NCBI GenBank assembly: GCA_963920595.1
Contig: OY986946.1
Coordinates: 4,774,001-4,838,000 of the forward strand
Origin: Eimeria praecox
Lineage: Eukaryota
Length of the DNA: 64,000 nt
Reading direction: 5' to 3'
Shown: piece after piece, positions 14,401 to 29,100 of the stretch
Layout: each line of letters starts with the position of its first letter
Numbering within the stretch: position 1 is the first letter of the stretch
Notes under the pieces: generated by a model
The model's input: only the letters and a program-made list of their open reading frames with translations
Told to the model about the DNA's origin: nothing
The model's database searches: none
Translations under genes and position numbers: made by a program

Positions 14401-17400
14401 ACGCTAGACTCCTGCATCATGTTGCTCCAGCACACAGGCACAATGTCGCAGATTCAACGCACGGCCTTCTGGAGACAGCCATCACCCAAACATTGGCGCC
14501 CCCAAATGCCAGAAACGTTCAATGAAACGCAACATGCCTCCCACCCAGACCTGTCAAACCATACACTGCAGCACATTCACACTGTCCTAGCACCCTGCTC
14601 CATCCACTTGCTTCTTGACGCAGTTCCTCTGCAGTTGACCTCAGGTTCCACACACACTCGAACACCGCATCTCACCCTGCACATCACCTCTCCACCCTTC
14701 ACACAACACACCACCTACTCCAACCTAGCATCTGCTGCGTGCGAAAACCTTCCCCTCCACAACCATAAAGCAAGTCAGAACACACATTGTCAATATAACA
14801 TCCAGCATCCGAAGCTCCTCCATCGCCACACCCTATCTCCCCCACATCGCCAATCGCGCAAACAGATGTCTTGCCGCACACACATACCCACGCCGCTAAA
14901 TGCCATCCAGCCACGCAAACATACCCAACTACCTGCCACTAAACATGCAAAGCGTGCACGACGATTACGCCTGTCCGACATCCTTATTACCAGCATTCAA
15001 CGCACTTCCTCCTATACACAACCACCGACTCAACAACTCCTCCGTCCTAAAAACGAGCTGTCCACTGCAACCGAGCCTGCCTCCACGCTAGACTCCTGCA
15101 TCATGTTGCTCCAGCACACAGGCACAATGTCGCAGATTCAACGCACGGCCTTCTGGAGACAGCCATCACCCAAACATTGGCGCCCCCGAATGCCAGAAAC
15201 GTTCAATGAAACGCAACATGCCTCCCACCCAGACCTGTCAAACCATACACTGCAGCACATTCACACTGTCCTAACACCCTGCCCCATCCACTTGCTTCTT
15301 GACACAGTTCCTCTGCAGTTGGCCTCAGGCTCCACACACACTCGAACACCGCATCTCACCCTGCACATCACCTCTCCACCCTTCACACAACACACCACCT
15401 ACTCCAACCTAGCATCTGCTGCGTGCGAAATGCTTCCCCTCCACAACCATAAAGCAAGTCAGAACACACATTGTCAATATAACATCCAGCATCCGAAGCT
15501 CCTCCATCGCCACACCCTACCTCCCCCACATCGCCAATCGCGCAAACAGATGTCTTGCCGCACACACATACCCACGCCGCTAAATGCCATCCAGCCACGC
15601 CGACATACCCAACTACCTGCCACTAAACATGCAAAGCGTGCACGACGATTACGCCTGTCCGACATCCTTATTACCAGCATTCAACGCACTTCCTCCTATA
15701 CACAACCACCGACTCAACAACTCCTCCGTGCTAAAAACGAGCTGTCCACTGCAACCGAGCCTGCCTCCACGCTAGACTCCTGCATCATGTTGCTCCAGCA
15801 CACAGGCACAATGTCGCAGATTCAACGCACGGCCTTCTGGAGACAGCCATCACCCAAACATTGGCGCCCCCAAATGCCAGAAACGTTCAATGAAACGCAA
15901 CATGCCTCCCACCCAGACCTGTCAAACCATACACTGCAGCACATTCACACTGTCCTAACACCCTGCCCCATCCACTTGCTTCTTGACGCAGTTCCTCTGC
16001 AGTTGACCTCAGGCTCCACACACACTCGAACACCGCATCTCATCCTTCACATCACCTCTCCACCCTTCACACAACACACCACCTACCCCAGCCTAGCACC
16101 CGCTGCGACCGAAACGCTCCCCCTCCACAACCATAAAGCAAGTCAGAACACACATTGTCAATATAACATCCAGCATCCGAAGCTCCTCCATCGCCACACC
16201 CTACCTCCCCCACATCGCCAATCGCGCAAACAGATGTCTTGCCGCACACACATACCCACGCCGCTAAATGCCATCCAGCCACGCAAACATACCCAACTAC
16301 CTGCCACTAAACATGCAACGCGTGCACAGCGATTAAGCCTGTCCGCCATCCTTATTACCAGCATTCAACACCCTTCCTCCTATACACAGCGATCGACTCA
16401 ACAACTCCTCCGTGCTAAAAACGAGCTGTCCACTGCAACCGAGCCTGCCTCCACGCTAGACTCCTGCATCATGTTGCTCCAGCACACAGGCACAATGTCG
16501 CAGATTCAACGCACGGCCTTCTGGAGACAGCCATCACCCAAATATTGGCGCCCCCAAATGCCAGAAACGTTCAATGAAACGCAACATGCCTCCCACCCAG
16601 ACCTGTCAAACCATACACTGCAGCACATTCACACTGTCCTAGCACCCTGCCCCATCCACGTGCTGCTTGACGCAGTTCCTCTGCAGTTGACCTCAGGCTC
16701 CACACACACTCGAACACCGCATCTCACCCTGCACATCACCTCTCCACCCTTCACACAACACACCACCTACTCCAACCTAGCATCTGCTGCGTGCGAAATG
16801 CTTCCCCTCCACAACCATAAAGCAAGTCAGAACACACATTGTCAATATAACATCCAGCATCCGAAGCTCCTCCATCGCCACACCCTATCTCCCCCACATC
16901 GCCAATCGCGCAAACAGATGTCTTGCCGCACACACATACCCACGCCGCTAAATGCCATCCAGCCACGCAAACATACCCAACTACCTGCCACTAAACATGC
17001 AAAGCGTGCACGACGATTACGCCTGTCCGACATCCTTATTACCAGCATTCAACGCACTTCCTCCTATACACAACCACCGACTCAACAACTCCTCCGTGCT
17101 AAAAACGAGCTGTCCACTGCAACCCAGCCTGCCTCCACGCTAGACTCCTGCATCATGTTGCTCCAGCACACAGGCACAATGTCGCAGATTCAACGCACGG
17201 CCTTCTGGAGACAGCCATCACCCAAACATTGGCGCCCCCAAATGCCAGAAACGTTCAATGAAACGCAACATGCCTCCCACCCAGACCTGTCAAACCATAC
17301 ACTGCAGCACATTCACACTGTCCTAACACCCTGCCCCATCCACTTGCTTCTTGACGCAGTTCCTCTGCAGTTGACCTCAGGTTCCACACACACTCGAACA

Positions 17401-20400
17401 CCGCATCTCATCCTTCACATCACCTCTCCACCCTTCACACAACACACCACCTACCCCAGCCTAGTACCCGCTGCGACCGAAACGCTCCCCCTCCACAACC
17501 ATAAAGCAAGTCAGAACACACATTGTCAATATAACATCCAGCATCCGAAGCTCCTCCATCGCCACACCCTACCTCCCCCACATCGCCAATCGCGCAAACA
17601 GATGTCTTGCCGCACACACATACCCACGCCGCTAAATGCCATCCAGCCACGCAAACATACCCAACTACCTGCCACTAAACATGCAACGCGTGCACAGCGA
17701 TTAAGCCTGTCCGCCATCCTTATTACCAGCATTCAACACCCTTCCTCCTATACACAGCGATCGACTCAACAACTCCTCCGTCCTAAAAACGAGCTGTCCA
17801 CTGCAACCGACCCTGCCTCCACGCTAGACTCCTGCATCATGTTGCTCCAGCACACAGGCACAATGTCGCAGATTCAACGCACGGCCTTCTGGAGACAGCC
17901 ATCACCCAAATATTGGCGCCCCCAAATGCCAGAAACGTTCAATGAAACGCAACATGCCTCCCACCCAGACCTGTCAAACCATACACTGCAGCACATTCAC
18001 ACTGTCCTAGCACCCTGCCCCATCCACGTGCTGCTTGACGCAGTTCCTCTGCAGTTGACCTCAGGCTCCACACACACTCGAACACCGCATCTCACCCTGC
18101 ACATCACCTCTCCACCCTTCACACAACACACCACCTACTCCAACCTAGCATCTGCTGCGTGCGAAATGCTTCCCCTCCACAACCATAAAGCAAGTCAGAA
18201 CACACATTGTCAATATAACATCCAGCATCCGAAGCTCCTCCATCGCCACACCCTATCTCCCCCACATCGCCAATCGCGCAAACAGATGTCTTGCCGCACA
18301 CACATACCCACGCCGCTAAATGCCATCCAGCCACGCAAACATACCCAACTACCTGCCACTAAACATGCAAAGCGTGCACGACGATTACGCCTGTCCGACA
18401 TCCTTATTACCAGCATTCAACGCACTTCCTCCTATACACAACCACCGACTCAACAACTCCTCCGTGCTAAAAACGAGCTGTCCACTGCAACCCAGCCTGC
18501 CTCCACGCTAGACTCCTGCATCATGTTGCTCCAGCACACAGGCACAATGTCGCAGATTCAACGCACGGCCTTCTGGAGACAGCCATCACCCAAACATTGG
18601 CGCCCCCAAATGCCAGAAACGTTCAATGAAACGCAACATGCCTCCCACCCAGACCTGTCAAACCATACACTGCAGCACATTCACACTGTCCTAACACCCT
18701 GCCCCATCCACTTGCTTCTTGACGCAGTTCCTCTGCAGTTGACCTCAGGTTCCACACACACTCGAACACCGCATCTCATCCTTCACATCACCTCTCCACC
18801 CTTCACACAACACACCACCTACCCCAGCCTAGCACCCGCTGCGACCGAAACGCTCCCCCTCCACAACCATAAAGCAAGTCAGAACACACATTGTCAATAT
18901 AACATCCAGCATCCGAAGCTCCTCCATCGCCACACCCTACCTCCCCCACATCGCCAATCGCGCAAACAGATGTCTTGCCGCACACACATACCCACGCCGC
19001 TAAATGCCATCCAGCCACGCAAACATACCCAACTACCTGCCACTAAACATGCAACGCGTGCACAGCGATTAAGCCTGTCCGCCATCCTTATTACCAGCAT
19101 TCAACACCCTTCCTCCTATACACAGCGATCGACTCAACAACTCCTCCGTCCTAAAAACGAGCTGTCCACTGCAACCGACCCTGCCTCCACGCTAGACTCC
19201 TGCATCATGTTGCTCCAGCACACAGGCACAATGTCGCAGATTCAACGCACGGCCTTCTGGAGACAGCCATCACCCAAATATTGGCGCCCCCAAATGCCAG
19301 AAACGTTCAATGAAACGCAACATGCCTCCCACCCAGACCTGTCAAACCATACACTGCAGCACATTCACACTGTCCTAGCACCCTGCCCCATCCACGTGCT
19401 GCTTGACGCAGTTCCTCTGCAGTTGACCTCAGGCTCCACACACACTCGAACACCGCATCTCACCCTGCACATCACCTCTCCACCCTTCACACAACACACC
19501 ACCTACTCCAACCTAGCATCTGCTGCGTGCGAAATGCTTCCCCTCCACAACCATAAAGCAAGTCAGAACACACATTGTCAATATAACATCCAGCATCCGA
19601 AGCTCCTCCATCGCCACACCCTATCTCCCCCACATCGCCAATCGCGCAAACAGATGTCTTGCCGCACACACATACCCACGCCGCTAAATGCCATCCAGCC
19701 ACGCAAACATACCCAACTACCTGCCACTAAACATGCAAAGCGTGCACGACGATTACGCCTGTCCGACATCCTTATTACCAGCATTCAACGCACTTCCTCC
19801 TATACACAACCACCGACTCAACAACTCCTCCGTGCTAAAAACGAGCTGTCCACTGCAACCCAGCCTGCCTCCACGCTAGACTCCTGCATCATGTTGCTCC
19901 AGCACACAGGCACAATGTCGCAGATTCAACGCACGGCCTTCTGGAGACAGCCATCACCCAAACATTGGCGCCCCCAAATGCCAGAAACGTTCAATGAAAC
20001 GCAACATGCCTCCCACCCAGACCTGTCAAACCATACACTGCAGCACATTCACACTGTCCTAACACCCTGCCCCGTCCACGTGCTGCTTGACGCAGTTCCT
20101 CTGCAGTTGACCTCAGGCTCCACACACACTCGAACACCGCATCTCATCCTTCACATCACCTCTCCACCCTTCACACAACACACCACCTACCCCAGCCTAG
20201 CACCCGCTGCGACCGAAACGCTCCCCCTCCACAACCATAAAGCAAGTCAGAACACACATTGTCAATATAACATCCAGCATCCGAAGCTCCTCCATCGCCA
20301 CACCCTACCTCCCCCACATCGCCAATCGCGCAAACAGATGTCTTGCCGCACACACATACCCACGCCGCTAAATGCCATCCAGCCACGCAAACATACCCAA

Positions 20401-22524
20401 CTACCTGCCACTAAACATGCAACGCGTGCACAGCGATTAAGCCTGTCCGCCATCCTTATTACCAGCATTCAACACCCTTCCTCCTATACACAGCGATCGA
20501 CTCAACAACTCCTCCGTCCTAAAAACGAGCTGTCCACTGCAACCGACCCTGCCTCCACGCTAGACTCCTGCATCATGTTGCTCCAGCACACAGGCACAAT
20601 GTCGCAGATTCAACGCACGGCCTTCTGGAGACAGCCATCACCCAAATATTGGCGCCCCCAAATGCCAGAAACGTTCAATGAAACGCAACATGCCTCCCAC
20701 CCAGACCTGTCAAACCATACACTGCAGCACATTCACACTGTCCTAGCACCCTGCCCCATCCACGTGCTGCTTGACGCAGTTCCTCTGCAGTTGACCTCAG
20801 GCTCCACACACACTCGAACACCGCATCTCACCCTGCACATCACCTCTCCACCCTTCACACAACACACCACCTACTCCAACCTAGCATCTGCTGCGTGCGA
20901 AATGCTTCCCCTCCACAACCATAAAGCAAGTCAGAACACACATTGTCAATATAACATCCAGCATCCGAAGCTCCTCCATCGCCACACCCTATCTCCCCCA
21001 CATCGCCAATCGCGCAAACAGATGTCTTGCCGCACACACATACCCACGCCGCTAAATGCCATCCAGCCACGCAAACATACCCAACTACCTGCCACTAAAC
21101 ATGCAAAGCGTGCACGACGATTACGCCTGTCCGACATCCTTATTACCAGCATTCAACGCACTTCCTCCTATACACAACCACCGACTCAACAACTCCTCCG
21201 TCCTAAAAACGAGCTGTCCACTGCAACCGACCCTGCCTCCACGCTAGACTCCTGCATCATGTTGCTCCAGCACACAGGCACAATGTCGCAGATTCAACGC
21301 ACGGCCTTCTGGAGACAGCCATCACCCAAACATTGGCGCCCCCAAATGCCAGAAACTTTGCATGAAACGCAACATGCCTCCCACCCAGACCTGTCAAACC
21401 ATACACTGCAGCACATTCACACTGTCCTAGCACCCTGCTCCATCCACTTGCTTCTTGACGCAGTTCCTCTGCAGTTGACCTCAGGTTCCAGACACACTCG
21501 AACACCGCATCTCACCCTGCACATCACCTCTCCACCCTTCACACAACACACCACCTACTCCAACCTAGCATCTGCTGCGTGCGAAATGCTTCCCCTCCAC
21601 AACCATAAAGCAAGTCAGAACACACATTGTCAATATAACATCCAGCATCCGAAGCTCCTCCATCGTCACACCCTATCTCCCCCACATCGCCAATCGCGCA
21701 AACAGATGTCTTGCCGCACACACATACCCACGCCGCTAAATGCCATCCAGCCACGCAAACATACCCAACTACCTGCCACTAAACATGCAAAGCGTGCACG
21801 ACGATTACGCCTGTCCGACATCCTTATTACCAGCATTCAACGCACTTCCTTCTATACACAACCACCGACTCAACAACTCCTCCGTCCTAAAAACGAGCTG
21901 TCCACTGCAACCGAGCCTGCCTCCACGCTAGACTCCTGCATCATGTTGCTCCAGCACACAGGCACAATGTCGCAGATTCAACGCACGGCCTTCTGGAGAC
22001 AGCCATCACCCAAATATTGGCGCCCCCAAATGCCAGAAACGTTCAATGAAACGCAACATGCCTCCCACCCAGACCTGTCAAACCATACACTGCAGCACAT
22101 TCACACTGTCCTAGCACCCTGCCCCATCCACGTGCTGCTTGACGCAGTTCCTCTGCAGTTGACCTCAGGCTCCACACACACTCGAACACCGCATCTCACC
22201 CTGCACATCACCTCTCCACCCTTCACACAACACACCACCTACTCCAACCTAGCATCTGCTGCGTGCGAAATGCTTCCCCTCCACAACCATAAAGCAAGTC
22301 AGAACACACATTGTCAATATAACATCCAGCATCCGAAGCTCCTCCATCGCCACACCCTACCTCCCCCACATCGCCAATCGCGCAAACAGATGTCTTGCCG
22401 CACACACATACCCACGCCGCTAAATGCCATCCAGCCACGCCGACATACCCAACTACCTGCCACTAAACATGCAAAGCGTGCACGACGATTACGCCTGTCC
22501 ACAATTTTTATTATGAGCATTTAA
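5482..22524 (+). other. Repeat-generated ORF (5,680 aa, ~25 x 228-aa units, H/T/P/Q/L/S-rich); coding status doubtful
   Basis: Same frame as above, with a TTG start. Inter-monomer variants are mostly non-synonymous. Ends at the same TAA variant. Confidence 0.2.
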
Positions 22525-22581
22525 CGCACTTCCTCCTATACACAACCACCGACTCAACAGCTCCTCCGTCATAACAACGAT

Positions 22582-25500
22582 TTGACTACTGCAACCGAGC
22601 CTGCCTCCACGCTAGACTCCTGCATCATGTTGCTCCAGCACACAGGCACAATGTCGCAGATTCAACGCACGGCCTTCTGGAGACAGCCATCACCCAAACA
22701 TTGGCGCCCCCAAATGCCAGAAACGTTCAATGAAACGCAACATGCCTCCCACCCAGACCTGTCAAACCATACACTGCAGCACATTCACACTGTCCTAACA
22801 CCCTGCCCCATCCACTTGCTTCTTGACGCAGTTCCTCTGCAGTTGGCCTCAGGCTCCACACACACTCGAACACCGCATCTCACCCTGCACATCACCTCTC
22901 CACCCTTCACACAACACACCACCTACCCCAGCCTAGCACCCGCTGCGACCGAAACGCTCCCCCTCCACAACCATAAAGCAAGTCAGAACACACATTGTCA
23001 ATATAACATCCAGCATCCGAAGCTCCTCCATCGCCACACCCTACCTCCCCCACATCGCCAATCGCGCAAACAGATGTCTTGCCGCACACACATACCCACG
23101 CCGCTAAATGCCATCCAGCCACGCAAACATACCCAACTACCTGCCACTAAACATGCAAAGCGTGCACGACGATTACGCCTGTCCGACATCCTTATTACCA
23201 GCATTCAACGCACTTCCTCCTATACACAACCACCGACTCAACAACTCCTCCGTGCTAAAAACGAGCTGTCCACTGCAACCGAGCCTGCCTCCACGCTAGA
23301 CTCCTGCATCATGTTGCTCCAGCACACAGGCACAATGTCGCAGATTCAACGCACGGCCTTCTGGAGACAGCCATCACCCAAACATTGGCGCCCCCAAATG
23401 CCAGAAACGTTCAATGAAACGCAACATGCCTCCCACCCAGACCTGTCAAACCATACACTGCAGCACATTCACACTGTCCTAACACCCTGCCCCATCCACT
23501 TGCTTCTTGACGCAGTTCCTCTGCAGTTGACCTCAGGCTCCACACACACTCGAACACCGCATCTCATCCTTCACATCACCTCTCCACCCTTCACACAACA
23601 CACCACCTACCCCAGCCTAGCACCCGCTGCGACCGAAACGCTCCCCCTCCACAACCATAAAGCAAGTCAGAACACACATTGTCAATATAACATCCAGCAT
23701 CCGAAGCTCCTCCATCGCCACACCCTACCTCCCCCACATCGCCAATCGCGCAAACAGATGTCTTGCCGCACACACATACCCACGCCGCTAAATGCCATCC
23801 AGCCACGCAAACATACCCAACTACCTGCCACTAAACATGCAACGCGTGCACAGCGATTAAGCCTGTCCGCCATCCTTATTACCAGCATTCAACACCCTTC
23901 CTCCTATACACAGCGATCGACTCAACAACTCCTCCGTGCTAAAAACGAGCTGTCCACTGCAACCGAGCCTGCCTCCACGCTAGACTCCTGCATCATGTTG
24001 CTCCAGCACACAGGCACAATGTCGCAGATTCAACGCACGGCCTTCTGGAGACAGCCATCACCCAAATATTGGCGCCCCCAAATGCCAGAAACGTTCAATG
24101 AAACGCAACATGCCTCCCACCCAGACCTGTCAAACCATACACTGCAGCACATTCACACTGTCCTAGCACCCTGCCCCATCCACGTGCTGCTTGACGCAGT
24201 TCCTCTGCAGTTGACCTCAGGCTCCACACACACTCGAACACCGCATCTCACCCTGCACATCACCTCTCCACCCTTCACACAACACACCACCTACTCCAAC
24301 CTAGCATCTGCTGCGTGCGAAATGCTTCCCCTCCACAACCATAAAGCAAGTCAGAACACACATTGTCAATATAACATCCAGCATCCGAAGCTCCTCCATC
24401 GCCACACCCTACCTCCCCCACATCGCCAATCGCGCAAACAGATGTCTTGCCGCACACACATACCCACGCCGCTAAATGCCATCCAGCCACGCAAACATAC
24501 CCAAATACCTGCCACTAAACATGCAACGCGTGCACAGCGATTAAGCCTGTCCGCCATCCTTATTACCAGCATTCAACACCCTTCCTCCTATACACAGCGA
24601 TCGACTCAACAACTCCTCCGTCCTAAAAACGAGCTGTCCACTGCAACCGACCCTGCCTCCACGCTAGACTCCTGCATCATGTTGCTCCAGCACACAGGCA
24701 CAATGTCGCAGATTCAACGCACGGCCTTCTGGAGACAGCCATCACCCAAATATTGGCGCCCCCAAATGCCAGAAACGTTCAATGAAACGCAACATGCCTC
24801 CCACCCAGACCTGTCAAACCATACACTGCAGCACATTCACACTGTCCTAGCACCCTGCCCCGTCCACGTGCTGCTTGACGCAGTTCCTCTGCAGTTGACC
24901 TCAGGCTCCACACACACTCGAACACCGCATCTCACCCTGCACATCACCTCTCCACCCTTCACACAACACACCACCTACTCCAACCTAGCATCTGCTGCGT
25001 GCGAAATGCTTCCCCTCCACAACCATAAAGCAAGTCAGAACACACATTGTCAATATAACATCCAGCATCCGAAGCTCCTCCATCGCCACACCCTATCTCC
25101 CCCACATCGCCAATCGCGCAAACAGATGTCTTGCCGCACACACATACCCACGCCGCTAAATGCCATCCAGCCACGCAAACATACCCAACTACCTGCCACT
25201 AAACATGCAAAGCGTGCACGACGATTACGCCTGTCCGGCATCCTTATTACCAGCATTCAACGCACTTCCTCCTATACACAACCACCGACTCAACAACTCC
25301 TCCGTGCTAAAAACGAGCTGTCCACTGCAACCGAGCCTGCCTCCACGCTAGACTCCTGCATCATGTTGCTCCAGCACACAGGCACAATGTCGCAGATTCA
25401 ACGCACGGCCTTCTGGAGACAGCCATCACCCAAACATTGGCGCCCCCAAATGCCAGAAACGTTCAATGAAACGCAACATGCCTCCCACCCAGACCTGTCA

Positions 25501-26154
25501 AACCATACACTGCAGCACATTCACACTGTCCTAACACCCTGCCCCGTCCACGTGCTGCTTGACGCAGTTCCTCTGCAGTTGACCTCAGGCTCCACACACA
25601 CTCGAACACCGCATCTCACCCTGCACATCACCTCTCCAACCTTCACACAACACACCACCTACCCCAGCCTAGGATCTGCTGCGTGCGAAATCCTTCCCCT
25701 CCACAGCCATAAAGCAAGTCAGAACACACATTGTCAATATAACATCCAGCATCCGAAGCTCCTCCATCATCACACCCTATCTCCCCCACATCGCCAATCG
25801 CGCAAACAGATGTCTTGCCGCACACACATACCCACGCCGCTAAATGCCATCCAGCCACGCAAACATACCCAACTACCTGCCACTAAACATGCAACGCGTG
25901 CACAGCGATTAAGCCTGTCCGCCATCCTTATTACCAGCATTCAACACCCTTCCTCCTATACACAGCGATCGACTCAACAACTCCTCCGTCATAACAACGA
26001 GCTGTCCACTGCAACCGACCCTGCCTCCACGCTAGACTCCTGCGCCATGTTGCTCCAGCACACAGGCACAATGTCGCAGATTCAACGCACGGCCTTCTGG
26101 AGACAGCCATCACCCAAATATTTGGCGCCCCCAAATGCCAGAAACTTTGCATGA
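22582..26154 (+). other. Repeat-generated ORF (1,190 aa) ended by a +1 frameshift variant
   Basis: aaatatttgg (extra T) at ~26,120 shifts the frame to ...YLAPPNARNFA*. Confidence 0.15.
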
Positions 26155-29100
26155 AACGCAACATGCCTCCCACCCAGACCTGTCAAACCATACACTGCAG
26201 CACATTCACACTGTCCTAGCACCCTGCTCCATCCACTTGCTTCTTGACGCAGTTCCTCTGCAGTTGACCTCAGGTTCCACACACACTCGAACACCGCATC
26301 TCACCCTGCACATCACCTCTCCACCCTTCACACAACACACCACCTACTCCAACCTAGCATCTGCTGCGTGCGAAAACCTTCCCCTCCACAACCATAAAGC
26401 AAGTCAGAACACACATTGTCAATATAACATCCAGCATCCGAAGCTCCTCCATCGCCACACCCTACCTCCCCCACATCGCCAATCGCGCAAACAGATGTCT
26501 TGCCGCACACACATACCCACGCCGCTAAATGCCATCCAGCCACGCCGACATACCCAACTACCTGCCACTAAACATGCAACGCGTGCAAAGCGATTACGCC
26601 TGTCCGACATCCTTATTACCAGCATTCAACGCACTTCCTCCTATACACAACCACCGACTCAACAACTCCTCCGTCATAACAACGATTTGACTACTGCAAC
26701 CGAGCCTGCCTCCACGCTAGACTCCTGCATCATGTTGCTCCAGCACACAGGCACAATGTCGCAGATTCAACGCACGGCCTTCTGGAGACAGCCATCACCC
26801 AAACATTGGCGCCCCCAAATGCCAGAAACGTTCAATGAAACGCAACATGCCTCCCACCCAGACCTGTCAAACCATACACTGCAGCACATTCACACTGTCC
26901 TAACACCCTGCCCCATCCACTTGCTTCTTGACGCAGTTCCTCTGCAGTTGACCTCAGGCTCCACACACACTCGAACACCGCATCTCATCCTTCACATCAC
27001 CTCTCCACCCTTCACACAACACACCACCTACCCCAACCTAGCACCCGCTGCGACCGAAACGCTTCCCCTCCACAACCATAAAGCAAGTCAGAACACACAT
27101 TGTCAATATAACATCCAGCATCCGAAGCTCCTCCATCGCCACACCCTACCTCCCCCACATCGCCAATCGCGCAAACAGATGTCTTGCCGCACACACATAC
27201 CCACGCCGCTAAATGCCATCCAGCCACGCAAACATACCCAACTACCTGCCACTAAACATGCAACGCGTGCACAGCGATTAAGCCTGTCCGACATCCTTAT
27301 TACCAGCATTCAACACCCTTCCTCCTATACACAGCGATCGACTCAACAACTCCTCCGTGCTAAAAACGAGCTGTCCACTGCAACCGAGCCTGCCTCCACG
27401 CTAGACTCCTGCATCATGTTGCTCCAGCACACAGGCACAATGTCGCAGATTCAACGCACGGCCTTCTGGAGACAGCCATCACCCAAACATTGGCGCCCCC
27501 AAATGCCAGAAACGTTCAATGAAACGCAACATGCCTCCCACCCAGACCTGTCAAACCATACACTGCAGCACATTCACACTGTCCTAACACCCTGCCCCAT
27601 CCACTTGCTTCTTGACGCAGTTCCTCTGCAGTTGGCCTCAGGCTCCACACACACTCGAACACCGCATCTCACCCTGCACATCACCTCTCCACCCTTCACA
27701 CAACACACCACCTACTCCAACCTAGCATCTGCTGCGTGCGAAAACCTTCCCCTCCACAACCATAAAGCAAGTCAGAACACACATTGTCAATATAACATCC
27801 AGCATCCGAAGCTCCTCCATCGCCACACCCTACCTCCCCCACATCGCCAATCGCGCAAACAGATGTCTTGCCGCACACACATACCCAGGCCGCAAAATGC
27901 CATCCAGCCACGCAAACATACCCAACTACCTGCCACTAAACATGCAACGCGTGCAAAGCGATTACGCCTGTCCACAACTTTTATTATGAGCATTTAACGC
28001 ACTTCCTCCTATACACAACCACCGACTCAACAACTCCTCCGTCATAACAACGATTTGACTACTGCAACCGAGCCTGCCTCCACGCTAGACTCCTGCATCA
28101 TGTTGCTCCAGCACACAGGCACAATGTCGCAGATTCAACGCACGGCCTTCTGGAGACAGCCATCACCCAAACATTGGCGCCCCCGAATGCCAGAAACGTT
28201 CAATGAAACGCAACATGCCTCCCACCCAGACCTGTCAAACCATACACTGCAGCACATTCACACTGTCCTAACACCCTGCCCCATCCACTTGCTTCTTGAC
28301 GCAGTTCCTCTGCAGTTGGCCTCAGGCTCGACACACACTCGAACACCGCATCTCACCCTGCACATCACCTCTCCACCCTTCACACAACACACCACCTACT
28401 CCAACCTAGCATCTGCTGCGTGCGAAATGCTTCCCCTCCACAGCCATTAAGCAAGTCAGAACACACATTGTCAATATAACATCCAGCATCCGAAGCTCCT
28501 CCATCGCCACACCCTACCTCCCCCACATCGCCAATCGCGCAAACAGATGTCTTGCCGCACACACATACCCACGCCGCTAAATGCCATCCAGCCACGCAAA
28601 CATACCCAACTACCTGCCACTAAACATGCAACGCGTGCACAGCGATTAAGCCTGTCCGCCATCCTTATTACCAGCATTCAACACCCTTCCTCCTATACAC
28701 AGCGATCGACTCAACAACTCCTCCGTCCTAAAAACGAGCTGTCCACTGCAACCGACCCTGCCTCCACGCTAGACTCCTGCGCCATGTTGCTCCAGCACAC
28801 AGGTACAATGTCGCAGATTCAACGCACGGCCTTCTGGAGACAGCCATCACCCAAACATTGGCGCCCCCAAATGCCAGAAACTTTGCATGAAACGCAACAT
28901 GCCTCCCACCCAGACCTGTCAAACCATACACTGCAGCACATTCACACTGTCCTAACACCCTGCCCCATTCACGTGGCTCTTGAAGCCGTTCTTCTGCAGT
29001 TGACCTCAGGCTCCACACACACTCGAACACCGCATCTCACCCTGCACATCACCTCTCCAACCTTCACACAACACACCACCTACCCCAGCCTAGGATCTGC

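Noticed and set aside
5482..22524. Bona fide mucin or surface-antigen gene
   Set aside because: No signal peptide, anchor or unique termini. Amino-acid bias follows from C/A-rich DNA, and neighbouring units carry stops and frameshifts.
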